Shown here in pieces: positions 11,401-26,413 of a stretch of 38,881 nucleotides of DNA; position 1 is the first letter of the stretch; every line of letters starts with the position of its first letter. A program made the position numbers and the translations under genes. The notes below the pieces were generated by a model. The model was not told where the DNA came from. It was given only the letters and a program-made list of their open reading frames with translations, and ran no database searches. The DNA comes from Catajapyx aquilonaris (Eukaryota): the NCBI GenBank assembly GCA_000934665.2, contig KZ538335.1, positions 124,001 to 162,881 of the forward strand, given 5' to 3'.

Positions 11401-14400
11401 ATTACAATTATGAGATTCTCATTCATATCATTTTCCTTATTGTAAGGTGATTAGATATATGCAAATAATGGAGAAATATGCGGTTGGTATGAGGTGTATG
11501 CTCATGTGCCTTCCTGCCCATCTCCAATAATCACATTCATAAAATACATTATTTATACCTGTGTACGCTTCCTCAAATGGAAATACAGTCGACTCTGAAT
11601 ATAAAAAGCCCTCGGCTATAAGCAACTCTCAGTTGCAGCCAACCGAAAAGGTATACTTCCATTATGGCCTATGTAGTTGGATATGAGAAACCTCCTCAAT
11701 CTCTTATACATCGAGTCAACTGTATTTGAAGTTCAGGAGTTGGCAACTGCATTTTTTCTCTATCAATTTAATCATTCACTTCCCTTTCCCTGCATTGGTC
11801 TTTGTTTCCTTCTTACAATGCAGTACCCTGAATAAATGAACTTACAGAGAATATCACTATAATGCCTCACATCAAAAGCTACCAGCAATACCTATCCTGA
11901 CCTAACCACGGCACAAATAACACAGAACTCATTTTTAAATCCCTTAAGTGCATTATGCTAAAGTGTGGCCAAATGTATTTCTTCTGTCAGTTTTCATGTG
12001 ACATCGAAAGGGTACCATGAAGACATGTCAAGAAGACCAAACGAAAGCCCCTCTGATGGTACACTACGAGAAAAAAAAAAACCTCCCTTGTACCACCACA
12101 AGCAGAGCCAAATGCGGGCACAAGCAGAAGCTTGCATGAATCATGCCCGTGCATACTTCCACCTGCACCCACATTTGGCATTGCTTGTGGTACTACAAGG
12201 GAGTTTTTTCCCTGCAGTAGTGTACCTCCATCTTGCCATGGTGGTCAGGTTTTGAGTGGGAAGAAATCAAAGAATCAGACTAAGTAGATGGGAGAGACAT
12301 AGGTAGAAACAAAGGTAGAAATGACAATGGAGAGAGAAGAAAGAGTGGTATCTCTCTTTGTCTCCTATCCCAACTTCGGTCATCCTACCAGCTGACATAG
12401 TCCTCCGGGTTGTGAGCTATGCCTACAATAGCTTTAGCCACTGGTAGTGTCTCCCAAGGTAGAATTATGGGTCAAGAATCAGACCATGACAGATTACCGT
12501 CGTTTCTATTTACTTCCTTCCCCCCCCCCCCCCCCACCTGTGCTGCGTGGTCCAACCAAAATGTATGTAGTAGTTTGCAATTTTTTGACACTGTGCCGCT
12601 AATTTTATAGCAATACTTTTAATGGTACCGCAAGTATCAGCAGCTAATATTTGGGCAAATGGAATCACCCATAGAAGCTCTGAACTGCAAAAAAATCTGA
12701 TTAGGAATGGTCATTGGAGCAACTGTCATCACGCTCTTTTTTTCCAAGCCAGATACCATGATTACAGGAAACAAATTTCTTCTCCACCACTCACCATAGT
12801 GAATAAAGTCTGAGTTCCTGAGGCAGCATGGTCCTCCTCCCCATGCCTCATCTTCTCAGCAGGGCATGGAAGAAGCATCCCTCTCCACCTGCTGCAAAAT
12901 AAAGATCCTAATCACTTAGCAAATCCAAGAGTGGAAGGGGGGTAATTATACATGGTAGCATGATGCCTTCAGCAAATGGCTTTACAATGTAGCTTTATAA
13001 CCAAGTTGAAGAGTGGCCTTAACCAGTCTCACCCCTTTAGAAAAAGGGAGGGAAAATTTATCACCTCTCTACTTCCTTTTTTTTATTTTAATGTGAGGGT
13101 TGGGGTGGGTTGGCACGTGGATAGGATTGGTACCAGATGCCCCCCCTCATTAACCCTTTGAGATGAGAAGGCCCATTCTGTTACATCAATGATGATTATA
13201 ATAATACCTCTTCTATCCTTCCTTTCTACAACCAATTGAGGTTGTTCAAACCACCATCATTTCCTACCCCCTTTAAAGACCTGCTGATGTCAAAATTACA
13301 AAGACATTTGTGATGGGAGTTACTATTTCTGGTTACGACAAGGTTGTATTCACTGGGGAGCGCATAAAAATTCATGTCTTTCAGAATAATAAATAAAAAG
13401 TTATTCTTCCAGTCTTGGTTATCATTCCCAGAACATAAATCATTGTCACATTATTACTACTGGCAGAATGGTTATTAAAAGTGAATGACCCTTGCCTGAG
13501 CACTCCGTAACCTATACTCTAATATTACTGGTTGATGATAATGTTTTGGCAGAGTCAAAGAATATCTTACGTTAGGAAAAAATCATCAATTGTTAGTTAT
13601 TACTTTTGTATAAAATGGTGGCTATTTAGTGACTTGTACAGAGGAGTAACTTAACCGGTAACTATCACAAATTAATAGAACTGTAACAAAAGTGAACAGT
13701 TGCATTGCAAAAGGTTGATATTACAAAAATGGGCGAAATGAAACCAAGATAGGCATACAGCAGGTTTTTGAACCAGCTATCCACTGGGTATCAAGGGGGG
13801 ACTATCCCCTGTTTCCCCATTACGAGCATACTATGCAGTACCCCACTTCCACCACAGGCGACAGTGTCATTGACGAATGAAAACTCTCCAAATGATGGCC
13901 AAGAAACATTGTAAAGCATTTGTACATAATTTCTGATCAAACATTCAATATTTGTGGCCCTCAAAGTGTCACTATTTGCAAGTTTTTCCGATCTGCCAGA
14001 CATTGCATTGCAAAAGGTTGATATTCCAGCACATTCGAAAATTTATAATAAATAAACTTATGAACATTATTTTAAGTTCCATATTTTGGGACATCTCTTG
14101 CCTACGCCTGCAATTGCCTAATAGTAACCTTTTCAATTAAACTTACCGTTTCGTCAGTTTTTGTGTTTTCCCAAAAAGGAGGTAGAGTGGAATATCTACC
14201 CTTTGCAACGCAATCATTAAGTTACAAGTGACATTCCCAGTACTGTACTGTTGTAATTTTCTGTGTATATTTGTTATGTAGAAGCATACAAATTCACTTA
14301 AAAAGTACAAGTCACTCAATTACTTTGCAATGACCAAAAAACATTATGCAGTAATGCTCAACAAAATACTTCCTACCTTCAGATCACAGCCTGTCACAGT

Positions 14401-15510
14401 GACACCACTACCCTACCAACTGGTGTGATGCGCTTTAGTCTTCACAGACAATTGATCACAGGGGCTTCAAAATTTTTCAAAAAACAACTTACTCTCAAGA
14501 AGTGTAACTTCAGTTATTTTGTACACCAAATAACTTTTCAGCGGTGAGTAAAATTGTTAAGCTCTGTTGTTTAAATACAATATAATTTCAAATGTAAATT
14601 AAACACGTTTTAGTCACTTGTGATAGTGCCACAAGACTATTTTAAAAGAGCACAACACACCTTAAGAGCAATTAGGAAATCACACAATTTATAGCATATT
14701 AACGGTCGGATATTGCTAACATAAAATTCCGTATAAAACAACACCATATGCACTAAAAACTATCAAAGTAATAATTCACTGCCGCCTTCACCCGCACACT
14801 GTGATTTGCTATTTGTATTTAAAATATTGTGGCACACTATTCTACAGAAACAAGCGCATACATTGTAGTTGTGTATCAGGTAAAGGTGGGGGCACATATC
14901 ATGCCTCTTGGAGCCCTTTGCAATGACAATCAACAAATTGCCCTCTAGTAACCTTTCATTGACAGTAACTTGTTTGGTGCTATCAAATATTTTTCTTCCA
15001 TTAGACACTTCCCATCAGCTACGACCTGTCATAAGATGGAATTTGCATGTGGTTGGCCCCCCAGGAAAAGGGTGCGTCTGTGTGAAAAGGGCCAACCCAG
15101 AGCCCGATCCATTTTCCATGCCCTGAATCGGAGCAGACGCACACTCAACCTCTCCTTTGGTTGGCTCCATCCCCTCCCAGTTTTTTCCCCCTACACTCCC
15201 ATTTCTCAGGCCCCATTTGCCTACCAACTCCATCCAACCGGCCCTCTTCTCTCTGCCTTCTCCTACGATGACGTCAACCCCCTACCACACCCTCTCTATA
15301 CAATCTTGAAGTCTATATAACACCCGGGGTGCAATGTTCTGTACTAAACATGTGCACTAAAAATCAAGCAATCAAATTATTATGAACTTCATATGTTACA
15401 CTCATGGCATATTCCCAAGATGGGGTTACCAGCGATGACCAGCTACAATTCACCTGGCCATCTCGTACGACTTATGAACTTGAAGTAATGAGTACATTCA
15501 AGAGCTCTTG

Positions 15511-15617
15511 GTACATTGCTAAACTCAGCCGCTGCCGCAGCGAAACAAAATTACTTATTGTTATTTTATTGTTACTATTTAGCTTCGCTACGGCAGTGGC
15601 TGAGTTTAGCGACGTAC
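15511..15617. mobile_element. Palindromic MITE-like element
   Basis: ~34-bp arms GTACATTGCTAAACTCAGCCGCTGCCGCAGCGAA / TTCGCTACGGCAGTGGCTGAGTTTAGCGACGTAC around an AT-rich spacer. Confidence 0.7.
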
Positions 15618-18405
15618 TCAATAATAATCCGTAAAATTATGAACAGACTGAAATTACTTTGCAACAATAGTCTCCCAAATATCTTATAGGACCACCCCCC
15701 ACATTTTAGTGCAGAGGTTGGCATTCATGAGTGGTATTTTCTCCCCAGGTTTTCAGTCCCCCTCCAGTCCAAAGCTCATCAACATTTTGGGTGGGAAAGC
15801 AGCATTTTGCCCCTGCCAGAGGAGGACAGGGGTCCCTTGGCCCTGAATATGCATGCACCTCTGGTCTCTCCCCCTCCTCAGCCTCCATTAGCCCCCTTCT
15901 CACCCACCCTCACCCTAAAAGAACCATTGTTGCCAAGTTCCTTCAGTAAAACTTGGCACAGAGTTAAGCTAACCAAGCATGTTCAAAGGCTAGAAAGAGC
16001 TGAAAAGCACGGTTTTTTTCACACAAAAAAAAGGTACAAATTTCCCATCATTGAATATTCCAGGCCAATAAAACCACATCCCTTTCAGACCAGCTTTAAA
16101 AAATTCGGGTAGAAAAGGTAAAGGAAAGAGCAGTCCCCTTTTTTTTTTCTCGAAAAAAGAAAAGTTCCTTCTCATGGAAATGGATACGAGAAACCCCTTT
16201 TCCTGGTTTTTCCCAGGCTCCAAAAAATCCCCCAAAAATCTGACCCCTTTTTTGGTGGAAGAATACGATTTTTTGGATGAAAAGGGTATAGAAAACAGGA
16301 AAGGGCTTGCACAGATTCGGGCAAAAGAAGGATCCCCAAAAAATGGTAAGGGTGGGGGAAAAAAGGAGGATTTTGGTAGGCATCACAGCTTTTTTCCCCC
16401 AAACCCTGAATTCCCCCTTTCCCCACACTATTCATAATCCTTCCTCCCTTTTCCCCCATATTCGCATTTCCCCAGTGCCCTACAAAAAAAAAAGGATCCA
16501 AAAAGGATGAAGAAATCTCAACGATATTGCATGAATGCCCAAAATTCGCCCATGGGAAAATCCCCTTTTTATAAAATGTGGTTCTCACCCCTTTAGGCCG
16601 GAAAAAAAAAGTTTTGTACATTCAGGCGTGCTAATTTATTCCTGTCTTTGTCACAAATCAGTTCACAGCAGATCTCACCAAATATATGAGAAGAAGTGTA
16701 CTGTAGATAAAATCCATACAACCACCTTTTTCCATGGCACGTTACTTCAAGCTGCGCTGTGTCACTTAAACGTTGTTAAAATTGAGTCGTGTTACTTTAA
16801 GGCAACAATTATTCACCAATATTATGGACAATGATCAGCACTTCATGGGAAGCGAATCCATAAATTTGAAAATTATTTACTTATTTACGACGTACTTATC
16901 CCCAAGAGCTGGAAACGATGTGACTAAATTATATCAGATTATTCTAAACGTGGTGCTAATTTACGCAAAGTATTCCCTCAGCGTTTAGCATACCAATATC
17001 TAATTCATAAGTTCAGAGCGACATAGCTTTCCAACAGAAGGAAGCTTGAGGAAGTTTGGCAAGAAAGGGACATGAGGGTTGAAAAGGCAGGTGAATGTCA
17101 AGAGAAGGCTCCAACCTCCCTCCCAGTAAACACTCCCCAGCCCAGCAGGAGCAGGGGAAAGTCAAATTATAAGGTTCCTGCCCTAGGTCAAGTCCACTTC
17201 AGAACAAAAAAAAAAAAGGGGGGGTCCACCTGTCAAACTGCTTTGTTTTTACAGCTGCAGGAAAAAAGGAAGCCAAATCCCTCACAAGAGCTATTTATCA
17301 GGCATGTCAATCTGAAAACCTGTGCTATCCTTATGTATGAGATGTATAATAATGCAGCCTTGAGATACAGAGACATTCTAGCTGTTGTAATTATCCATTC
17401 ACAGGCGGAAGCACTTTGCTGACGACAACTTGTATGAGTTAAAAGATGCATCAGGTGCAGACAGCTGACAAGAAACAGACCGTTATCAGACCCACTCAAG
17501 TCTGGTTACACCCAGTTGAATTGTGATACAAATTATGTCTGAACAATGTACATATTCTGCATTGATCATGCACTACATTACAGATTAATGCAAAAGCGTG
17601 GCTATGCTTAGACCAGGATAGAGGGCCAGCATAAGCTTAGTACGGGCTGCACTTACCAGAAGTGCAATATGCGAACAGAAAACTAGAACAAAGTGAACAA
17701 TAACTGGGAAGAGAACAAGAGCCCGCCGCAGGAAAAAAAAATATGTTCAAGGTCACACAATTTTAGGTGAATGCAACTGACAAAGTACTACACCTGACAT
17801 TTTTCATAAGAAATATTTCCCCCTCGATTTTCAGACTTCTGCACTGAACCCATGGGACGGGCATAAATATAAAGACATGAAGTAAAGGTATTTGTTCATT
17901 GTCCATCATCAAATTGCTCAACATGTTCATGATAACGGCCAAAAACATGAGATAGGACCTTGGGGCCGCATGTTTGAGACCTCTGGCTTAGGCCACCACT
18001 TCATTTGAATTGAAGCTAAGTTTGGGTGGGGGTTTTTCCAGGGTTCTCCCATTTCCTCTCACTTCACCAACATTGAGGTGATCAAGTTGCGCGTATTAAA
18101 ATATTAAAGAGTCCACAGGTCAATAACGGATTATTCCTGTTGTTACTGCTACTACATGTGTTACTGTTCACATCAATAGTATACAGGGTGTTTCCTGTAA
18201 TTCTGGACAGACTTCTAGGGTATGTGCGGGCTGCCTAGGGACACCCATCCCAAAGGAGCTAGAAAGCCTCAAAGGTCCATTATCATTGTAACAATGCATT
18301 ATTGTTGCTTTATTCCATTGTCCTAATTGGCTAATTGTTATACCATACAATTTGCCAAAATCCGGTTCAAAAAAAATGGCGCCAACCTCCACCTTGAGCT
18401 CCCCC

Positions 18406-18429
18406 NNNNNNNNNNNNNNNNNNNNNNNN
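18406..18429. other. Assembly gap (N run)
   Basis: Run of N. Confidence 1.
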
Positions 18430-18591
18430 CTTGAACCAGCTGACCCCCCCCTCCAATCCGCCCGCGTCCTTCTCACCCGCCTGGCCCCGGGCATGCTCGC
18501 CCCCCGGCCCTACCCGTTGCCCCAGTCCCTGCCCTTGGTCCGCCCCCGGGGCCACCCTTTATTATTAATATTTTATTTTCCACAAACTCAC

Positions 18592-18619
18592 CTCTCGTTC
18601 CAACCGAGTTGGCCGCCAT
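18592..18619 (-). CDS. Candidate first exon (MAANSVGTR) of an unidentified minus-strand gene
   Basis: AAGATGGCGGCC start context followed by a strong donor GAG|GTGAGT at 18591, inside a GC/CpG-rich island (~18430-18720). Confidence 0.45.
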
Positions 18620-19620
18620 CTTGGAACTCCCTCCCCCGCGGCGCAGGGTTGCCACCTCCTCCATGAGCCCCGCCCACTTCGCATTGCCAATCCGATCCGC
18701 GCCCGTCTCCTTCAAATTTGCATAAGACGTCCTTCCCCTCTCTGTACTGTACGTCTGTAACTGAGATAATCCAGTTTCATGCATGGAACGAGGCATTCCC
18801 CCTTCCGGATGCCCTACTCAATAGACATTTTTTTTTTTTTTTTTTTTTTTTTACCACAGTCCCCCTTTGCTGACAACCGGATCGCCCCCCCCCAAAAAAG
18901 GGTATACAAAAGGGAGCGAATTCCAGGGATGGATACAAATCACTGGCAAACATGAAAAGAGCATGTGCACCCTGGCGGTATCACCTGCCGTCTAATCCCT
19001 AACCAAAAATCAACATTCGCTGGGATCGGATCAAAAGAAAATGTCACATGATAATTCTCTCGGGCAAACTACAGACTTGCCGCAGAGGTCGTTACTAAAA
19101 AAATCATCATCATTAAAAGTGTGTAATGCTTCAAATCTGGCTTAAAGATTAATTAAGTTGAATGGTTGGCATGAAATACATCCCCTCACAGTATGCGGCC
19201 AGCCAAAAGACCACACGGGTTGTACTGCACAGTACAGTACGTAGGTTGCCAAAAGGAATGCATCCAGCGCAAAAAAATCTGCACAATTTAAATACAATCA
19301 ATTTGTTCCCTAGAAAAAATAAATAAATCTGCATTTCCCTCCGAAATGTTTGAATAATCGATCGTCGCGACATCTGCTGGCCATCTTCTAAAGCTTCATA
19401 TAAATATAAGTTACAACATAATTTATAATAATAATTATCGATTATACTCCGTTTTAAAGTATCGTCACGATAGTAATATATTATACTGTGAATATAATGA
19501 GCATAAAATGTATGGCAGTCCTGGCACCATTGTTTGAAGATGGCGACTTCCATTTAGGTCATATTTTCTGCTCGTTCCATTTCTGCCGGTTGACCTCAGA
19601 CGACCTGAGCCGACCTGAGA
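18612..19620. promoter_or_regulatory. Probable bidirectional promoter (unknown minus gene / TMEM147)
   Basis: Outward-facing YY1/Pho-type motifs: AAGATGGCGGC on - (18612-18622) and AAGATGGCGA on + (19537-19546). DRE-like TATCGATT at ~19436. Confidence 0.45.
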
Positions 19621-20562
19621 ATGACCCTGTACCACTTCGGTAACTGCTTCGCCTTGGCCTACGTCCCATACTATCTCACATACAAGTACTCGGGCCTGTA
19701 AGTATCACACAAACCGGATGTGCATGAAAAAATACCACTTAAGCCTGTTTGTCCAGGTTTGCTTGTTTGTTTGTCCAGGTTTGCTTACGATGGTATCAAT
19801 TTTGCGAAGAAATTTTGCGAAGAATTTTGCGAAGAACTGGTTCTGCTGCGAGTGAAACTTCTTTAATATTATTTCCCCTACCCACAGGGCTGAGTATGGA
19901 GCCTTCTGGAAGTGCTTCCAGGCGGGGATCATATACGTGCTGACCCAGCTGGTGAAGATGCTGGTGCTGGCTACGTTCTTCCCCACGGCGGACGAGAGCA
20001 CTTTTGCTGGAGGATCAGTGGATTTCCTGGGGGAGTTCTGGAAGTCCAGCACCAATTTCGCTGACTTGGCTGGCCTCTACCTGGTTCTGTCTCGTATACC
20101 GGGGAAGGGTCATGCTAAGGTGTTGACTGCGGGTGTGGGTTGGGCCACGGCTGAGCTTGTTCTCACCCGCTTTCTGGTCCTGTGGGTTGGAGCCAGGGGG
20201 ATCGAGTTTGACTGGCAGTACATACAGAAGAGCCTGGACGCTAACATCAGCCTGGTAAGTTGGCCGATGGATGGGAGTAGACATTATTGATGGACCGGAT
20301 TTAATTGCAGATGCACCATACGAGCGTGGCTGCTCTTGTGTGGCTGTGGTGTCGACGCGAGTCCCATCCGTCTCTGGCGCCTGGTGCCATCGTGCTCCTG
20401 ACACTCTGCAGCTACAAGTCAATGCTCCTGGACATCTTCGTCTCGTTGGGCGGACTAGGCTCCTGGACAGCCCTCTTCGCCAAGTTCCTCCTCTCCTTGC
20501 TCCTCGGCCTATTCTCAATCCAGTTGTACGCAGCGTCCGCTCCAAACGTAGGCCTATACTAA
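19621..20562 (+). CDS. TMEM147: Transmembrane protein 147 (BOS complex subunit), 3 exons
   Basis: Exons 19621-19697, 19888-20254 and 20311-20562 join in frame with GT-AG introns. Protein [35 protein letters not shown]...[25 protein letters not shown] is characteristic of TMEM147. Confidence 0.96.
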
Positions 20563-21159
20563 AAGCCTGTTTTCTACGTTTCTCAAATTGTTACCCTGCT
20601 ATTAATGCAATATTGTGAATTAAATGTCCTGATTTGATTACCATTTCCTTTATTATAATCACACAGCCTCTATGTGCCAGTGGCGCTACAGGGTTGGGAG
20701 ACAGAAAGAAAAGAAAAAAAAACTTGGGATGATTTTGGGCTGGTGGGGGAGGGGGACCAGGAAACTGACTTCTAGAGATACAAAATAAACATTTTTCGTT
20801 ACCCAATTATTTTGGACACTTTCAAGTGGCACTTACCTGGACCTCTTTTTTTTTTTGTTTTGGTTTTTTGGAACCTTCCGCTTTGTAAACTAGGAGTAAA
20901 TAATCCTCATGGACATAAAACGGTGCACATGGTTACCCTACACAACACAAGCCCTGTATTTTATGCACACGTCACTGTCCTAGTCCAGTCCATCACAAAA
21001 ATCTGAACCAAAAAAAAACTGCACATAAAAATAATGCGAAAAAAAACTTTGTGATGTAACGTGATTTGTACCCATAATATAACCATTACGGGTGATCAAT
21101 TTGGGGGAATTAGGGATGGGTAAAAGGATTTTTAAAAAAACAAAACAAGAAATGGCTGT

Positions 21160-23767
<2,608 letters not shown>

Positions 23768-25290
23768 GGCTGGCTGATTGTTGTAGCTTCCACGAAAGTT
23801 ATCCAGTTGCACTGCACATAGCGAGGTCTGGTCTTATCTCTTTGCTTCTTCCCACGTTGTTTGGTCACTCACTACTTGTCATCCTGCGAATCACAAAACA
23901 CAATGCAATCCTTCTGGTACGCACAAAAGAATCACTTAGTATCAGGCAACACACTACAGATATTTTTATCACATTATCACAGTATTATACATGCAATACT
24001 ATATGCAGTTCTTGTGATAATGCCTGTTTGGACGGCCTCTGATACAGCACTAATCCTGTTCAAATCCGCATGAAATAATCTTGATTCAGACGCAAGATTC
24101 ACAAACCTGCTTCATGTATTTCATTCTATAAGCAAAGTTACAGGCCATGTCAAGCCATCTTGCGTAGTTTCATAATTTCAGCACTATAAATTCCCTTGCT
24201 AGGCCTATACATCTTACACAAAGTTATATTTGTCCGAAGTGTTCCATTTTGTGTAAATTTGCATTTATAGTGAAGAAGCCATAAACACGTGCAGTGGCTT
24301 TCATTGAAATATTTAGGACGGTCGCAGCCAACAGTTTACTTGTTTAGTATAGAACTAAAGGAAGATTCCGAAAAGTTCCTTGCCTCTTCATTGTTCCGGT
24401 AATCTTAGCTATTCTGCTCCAAGGCAAGTGTCGTTGCTTCCTCAAGCCAGACGTATGCCAGACTGTAGCTGGCACCACCATCTCTACTCCTCAATGTACA
24501 GTGTAGCTCAAAGATCTGTACTGATACACTAGGAACATACCCAGAAGTCTCTAACACCTGATGCCAATGCAGATGCAATCTCTTACTCCAATTTACAATT
24601 CTGTCAATTTGTTACGAATAGCAAAAGAAATGCAAGTTTATCTGATATAACTCATTGGCAGCGTATGATTTTTTATGTTTGAGAATAATTATATTGCTCT
24701 TGAATTCAATATGACCTGTAAGAATCCACCCTCAGCTGGGAAAGATGGGAAATTTTAGTGCTTAACGATCCTGTTGACAACCATATGTCGAACCCACCTT
24801 GGAAGTTTTCCAAATCAATGCACTCTGACCCATCTTACCCTGTAGGCCCGGGCATAAATAGTTTTCTTTAGAAATGAGTACCAACAGGCATTCATCATTG
24901 AAACGTCTAAACATGCAGTAATGCGAACTATGAAAACCACTAGGACATACCAGCTTCGTTACATATTAAAATGTGATATGTGACAAGCACAGTGCGCCTT
25001 ATTAGCTTGCTGTGCATTGACACCATTTATACTCAGAATCAAAGTTTGATCTCCACGTCGGGAAGACAATTTTCTCATTTAAGTAGGTGTTACGGCGTTA
25101 CGAAGGTGTTCCCTCAACACTTGCAGGTTTTCTTGCCCTGCCCCCATTTCCTGATCCTTTTGATGACAGCTGCTTCATTCCATATCCCCACCCAGTTCCT
25201 ACCCCCATTTTCTCATGACCTGACTGTATTCAGCTCAGATCTGCAATAATCTAATGATCGTTACTGCCAATGAAAAAGTCAAGACATTAA

Positions 25291-25442
25291 AGGTGCGTTT
25301 ACATGCGAGCGATTTGACAAGTGAAATCTTCACCGAGGCCGAAATTAACAATCGATATTCGCCTCAAACAATATTGGTTGCTTAGGTTACTCAGCCTCGG
25401 GGAGGACTTCGCTCATCAAATCGCTCGCATGTAAACGCACCC
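25291..25442. mobile_element. MITE family A (PIF/Harbinger-Tourist-like)
   Basis: 26-bp TIR GGTGCGTTTACATGCGAGCGATTTGA / TCAAATCGCTCGCATGTAAACGCACC, preceded by TAA. Related copies at 33912-34177 and 35771-35887. Confidence 0.85.
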
Positions 25443-25446
25443 TTGA

Positions 25447-25593
25447 GGGCCGTTTTCTCGAACAGCGGTTCAAATGTAAACCAGGTTCAAAGCCAGTTTA
25501 ATCCCTGATTTGATTGTTGTTAGGCTGTTGTCAAGGGTTTAAATCGGCTTTGAACCGGGTTTACATTTGAACCACTGTTCGAGAAAACGGCCC
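25447..25593. mobile_element. MITE family B (near-perfect palindrome, Harbinger-like ends)
   Basis: GGGCCGTTTTCTCGAACAGCGGTTCAAATGTAAACC ... GGTTTACATTTGAACCACTGTTCGAGAAAACGGCCC, flanked by TGA and TAA. Confidence 0.85.
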
Positions 25594-25596
25594 TAA

Positions 25597-25818
25597 GGGT
25601 CGGTTTCACCAAGCTCAGTCCGAGATGCTTTGCAAAAAATCCTCCGTTTTCACTACGGTTGTTACGACCGAGGATTTATAATATTATACTGAGCTCGGTT
25701 ATCCTACAGTTGAATCCGGATATGACAGGCCGTTATTGCCGAATACCCAAGCCGAAGTATAACCGAAAGTCTGTTATATCCTGATTCAACTGTACGACCT
25801 GTTGGGCGGAACCCGGTC
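25597..25818. mobile_element. MITE family C (degenerate TIRs), interrupted by MITE D
   Basis: Starts GGGTCGGTTTCACCAA directly after TAA. Imperfect right end TTGGGCGGAACCCGGTC. Confidence 0.45.
25707..25792. mobile_element. MITE family D (Tc1/mariner/pogo-like, TA TSD)
   Basis: TA|CAGTTGAATCCGGATATGACAG ... CTGTTATATCCTGATTCAACTG|TA. Confidence 0.8.
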
Positions 25819-26059
25819 TATGTACATGTACATTTGAATGCAATTCTTTCTCTACTTTTCGTCTTTGGTGCTCTTACCCACGCCACTAGGGATGACAACA
25901 CGTCACTAGTGCCCGTCGCACAAATCGAACAGTGACACTTCCCAAATCCCTGTCTGTCACCCGCCCCCCTGCAGGTCCTTACATATTCCCCGACCCTCTT
26001 GGTACCCCCCTAACCTTCTGTAAATGTCAACTGTGCAGCAGACGAGTCCATCTGCATTT

Positions 26060-26413
26060 CTCCCCGAAGCAGCCATTTTGCAAAGGCACCGAAAGTACGT
26101 ATATTATAATGCCCCCCGAAAAAAGACATGGGGGAACAGTGTGTTCCAAATGTGTTCGGGGGCTGCCAAATCCTCACCGATCATTGTTCCAGTGCCTCTC
26201 CCCGTGCGACCTACGCAGATTCTTCTTTTCCTCTTTATGGTAATGGCTGCTCAGATGTTCCTCTTCCGAACCACAGCAGCTGACTGACTTCGGAGAGAGA
26301 GGCTCGCTCCGATGCCTCTTCACACACACTCGCATCCAGCCTTCCTCACGCGCTTCCAAAGGGGGCGGAGCGAGTCTATAAAGATGGCGGGGCCCAGCTG
26401 ATCCTTTTTCCCA
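26060..26413. promoter_or_regulatory. Probable bidirectional promoter DCAF8 / ANKS3
   Basis: On +: GC box GGGGGCGGAG (26361-26370), TATA (26377) and AAGATGGCGG (26381-26390). On -: AAAATGGCTGC (~26069-26079) followed by a donor-like AAG|GTTAGG (~26014). Confidence 0.45.

Noticed and set aside
15990..16621. NPPF methyltransferase, TLDc, kinase or CCCH-like strings in ORFs
   Set aside because: Homopolymer-inflated sequence yields F/P/G/K-rich strings by chance, and the motifs are mutually inconsistent.
24732..24898. Intronic C/D snoRNA on minus strand (ATGATGA...CTGA)
   Set aside because: Boxes are ~165 nt apart, with no clear terminal stem and no recognisable rRNA antisense element.
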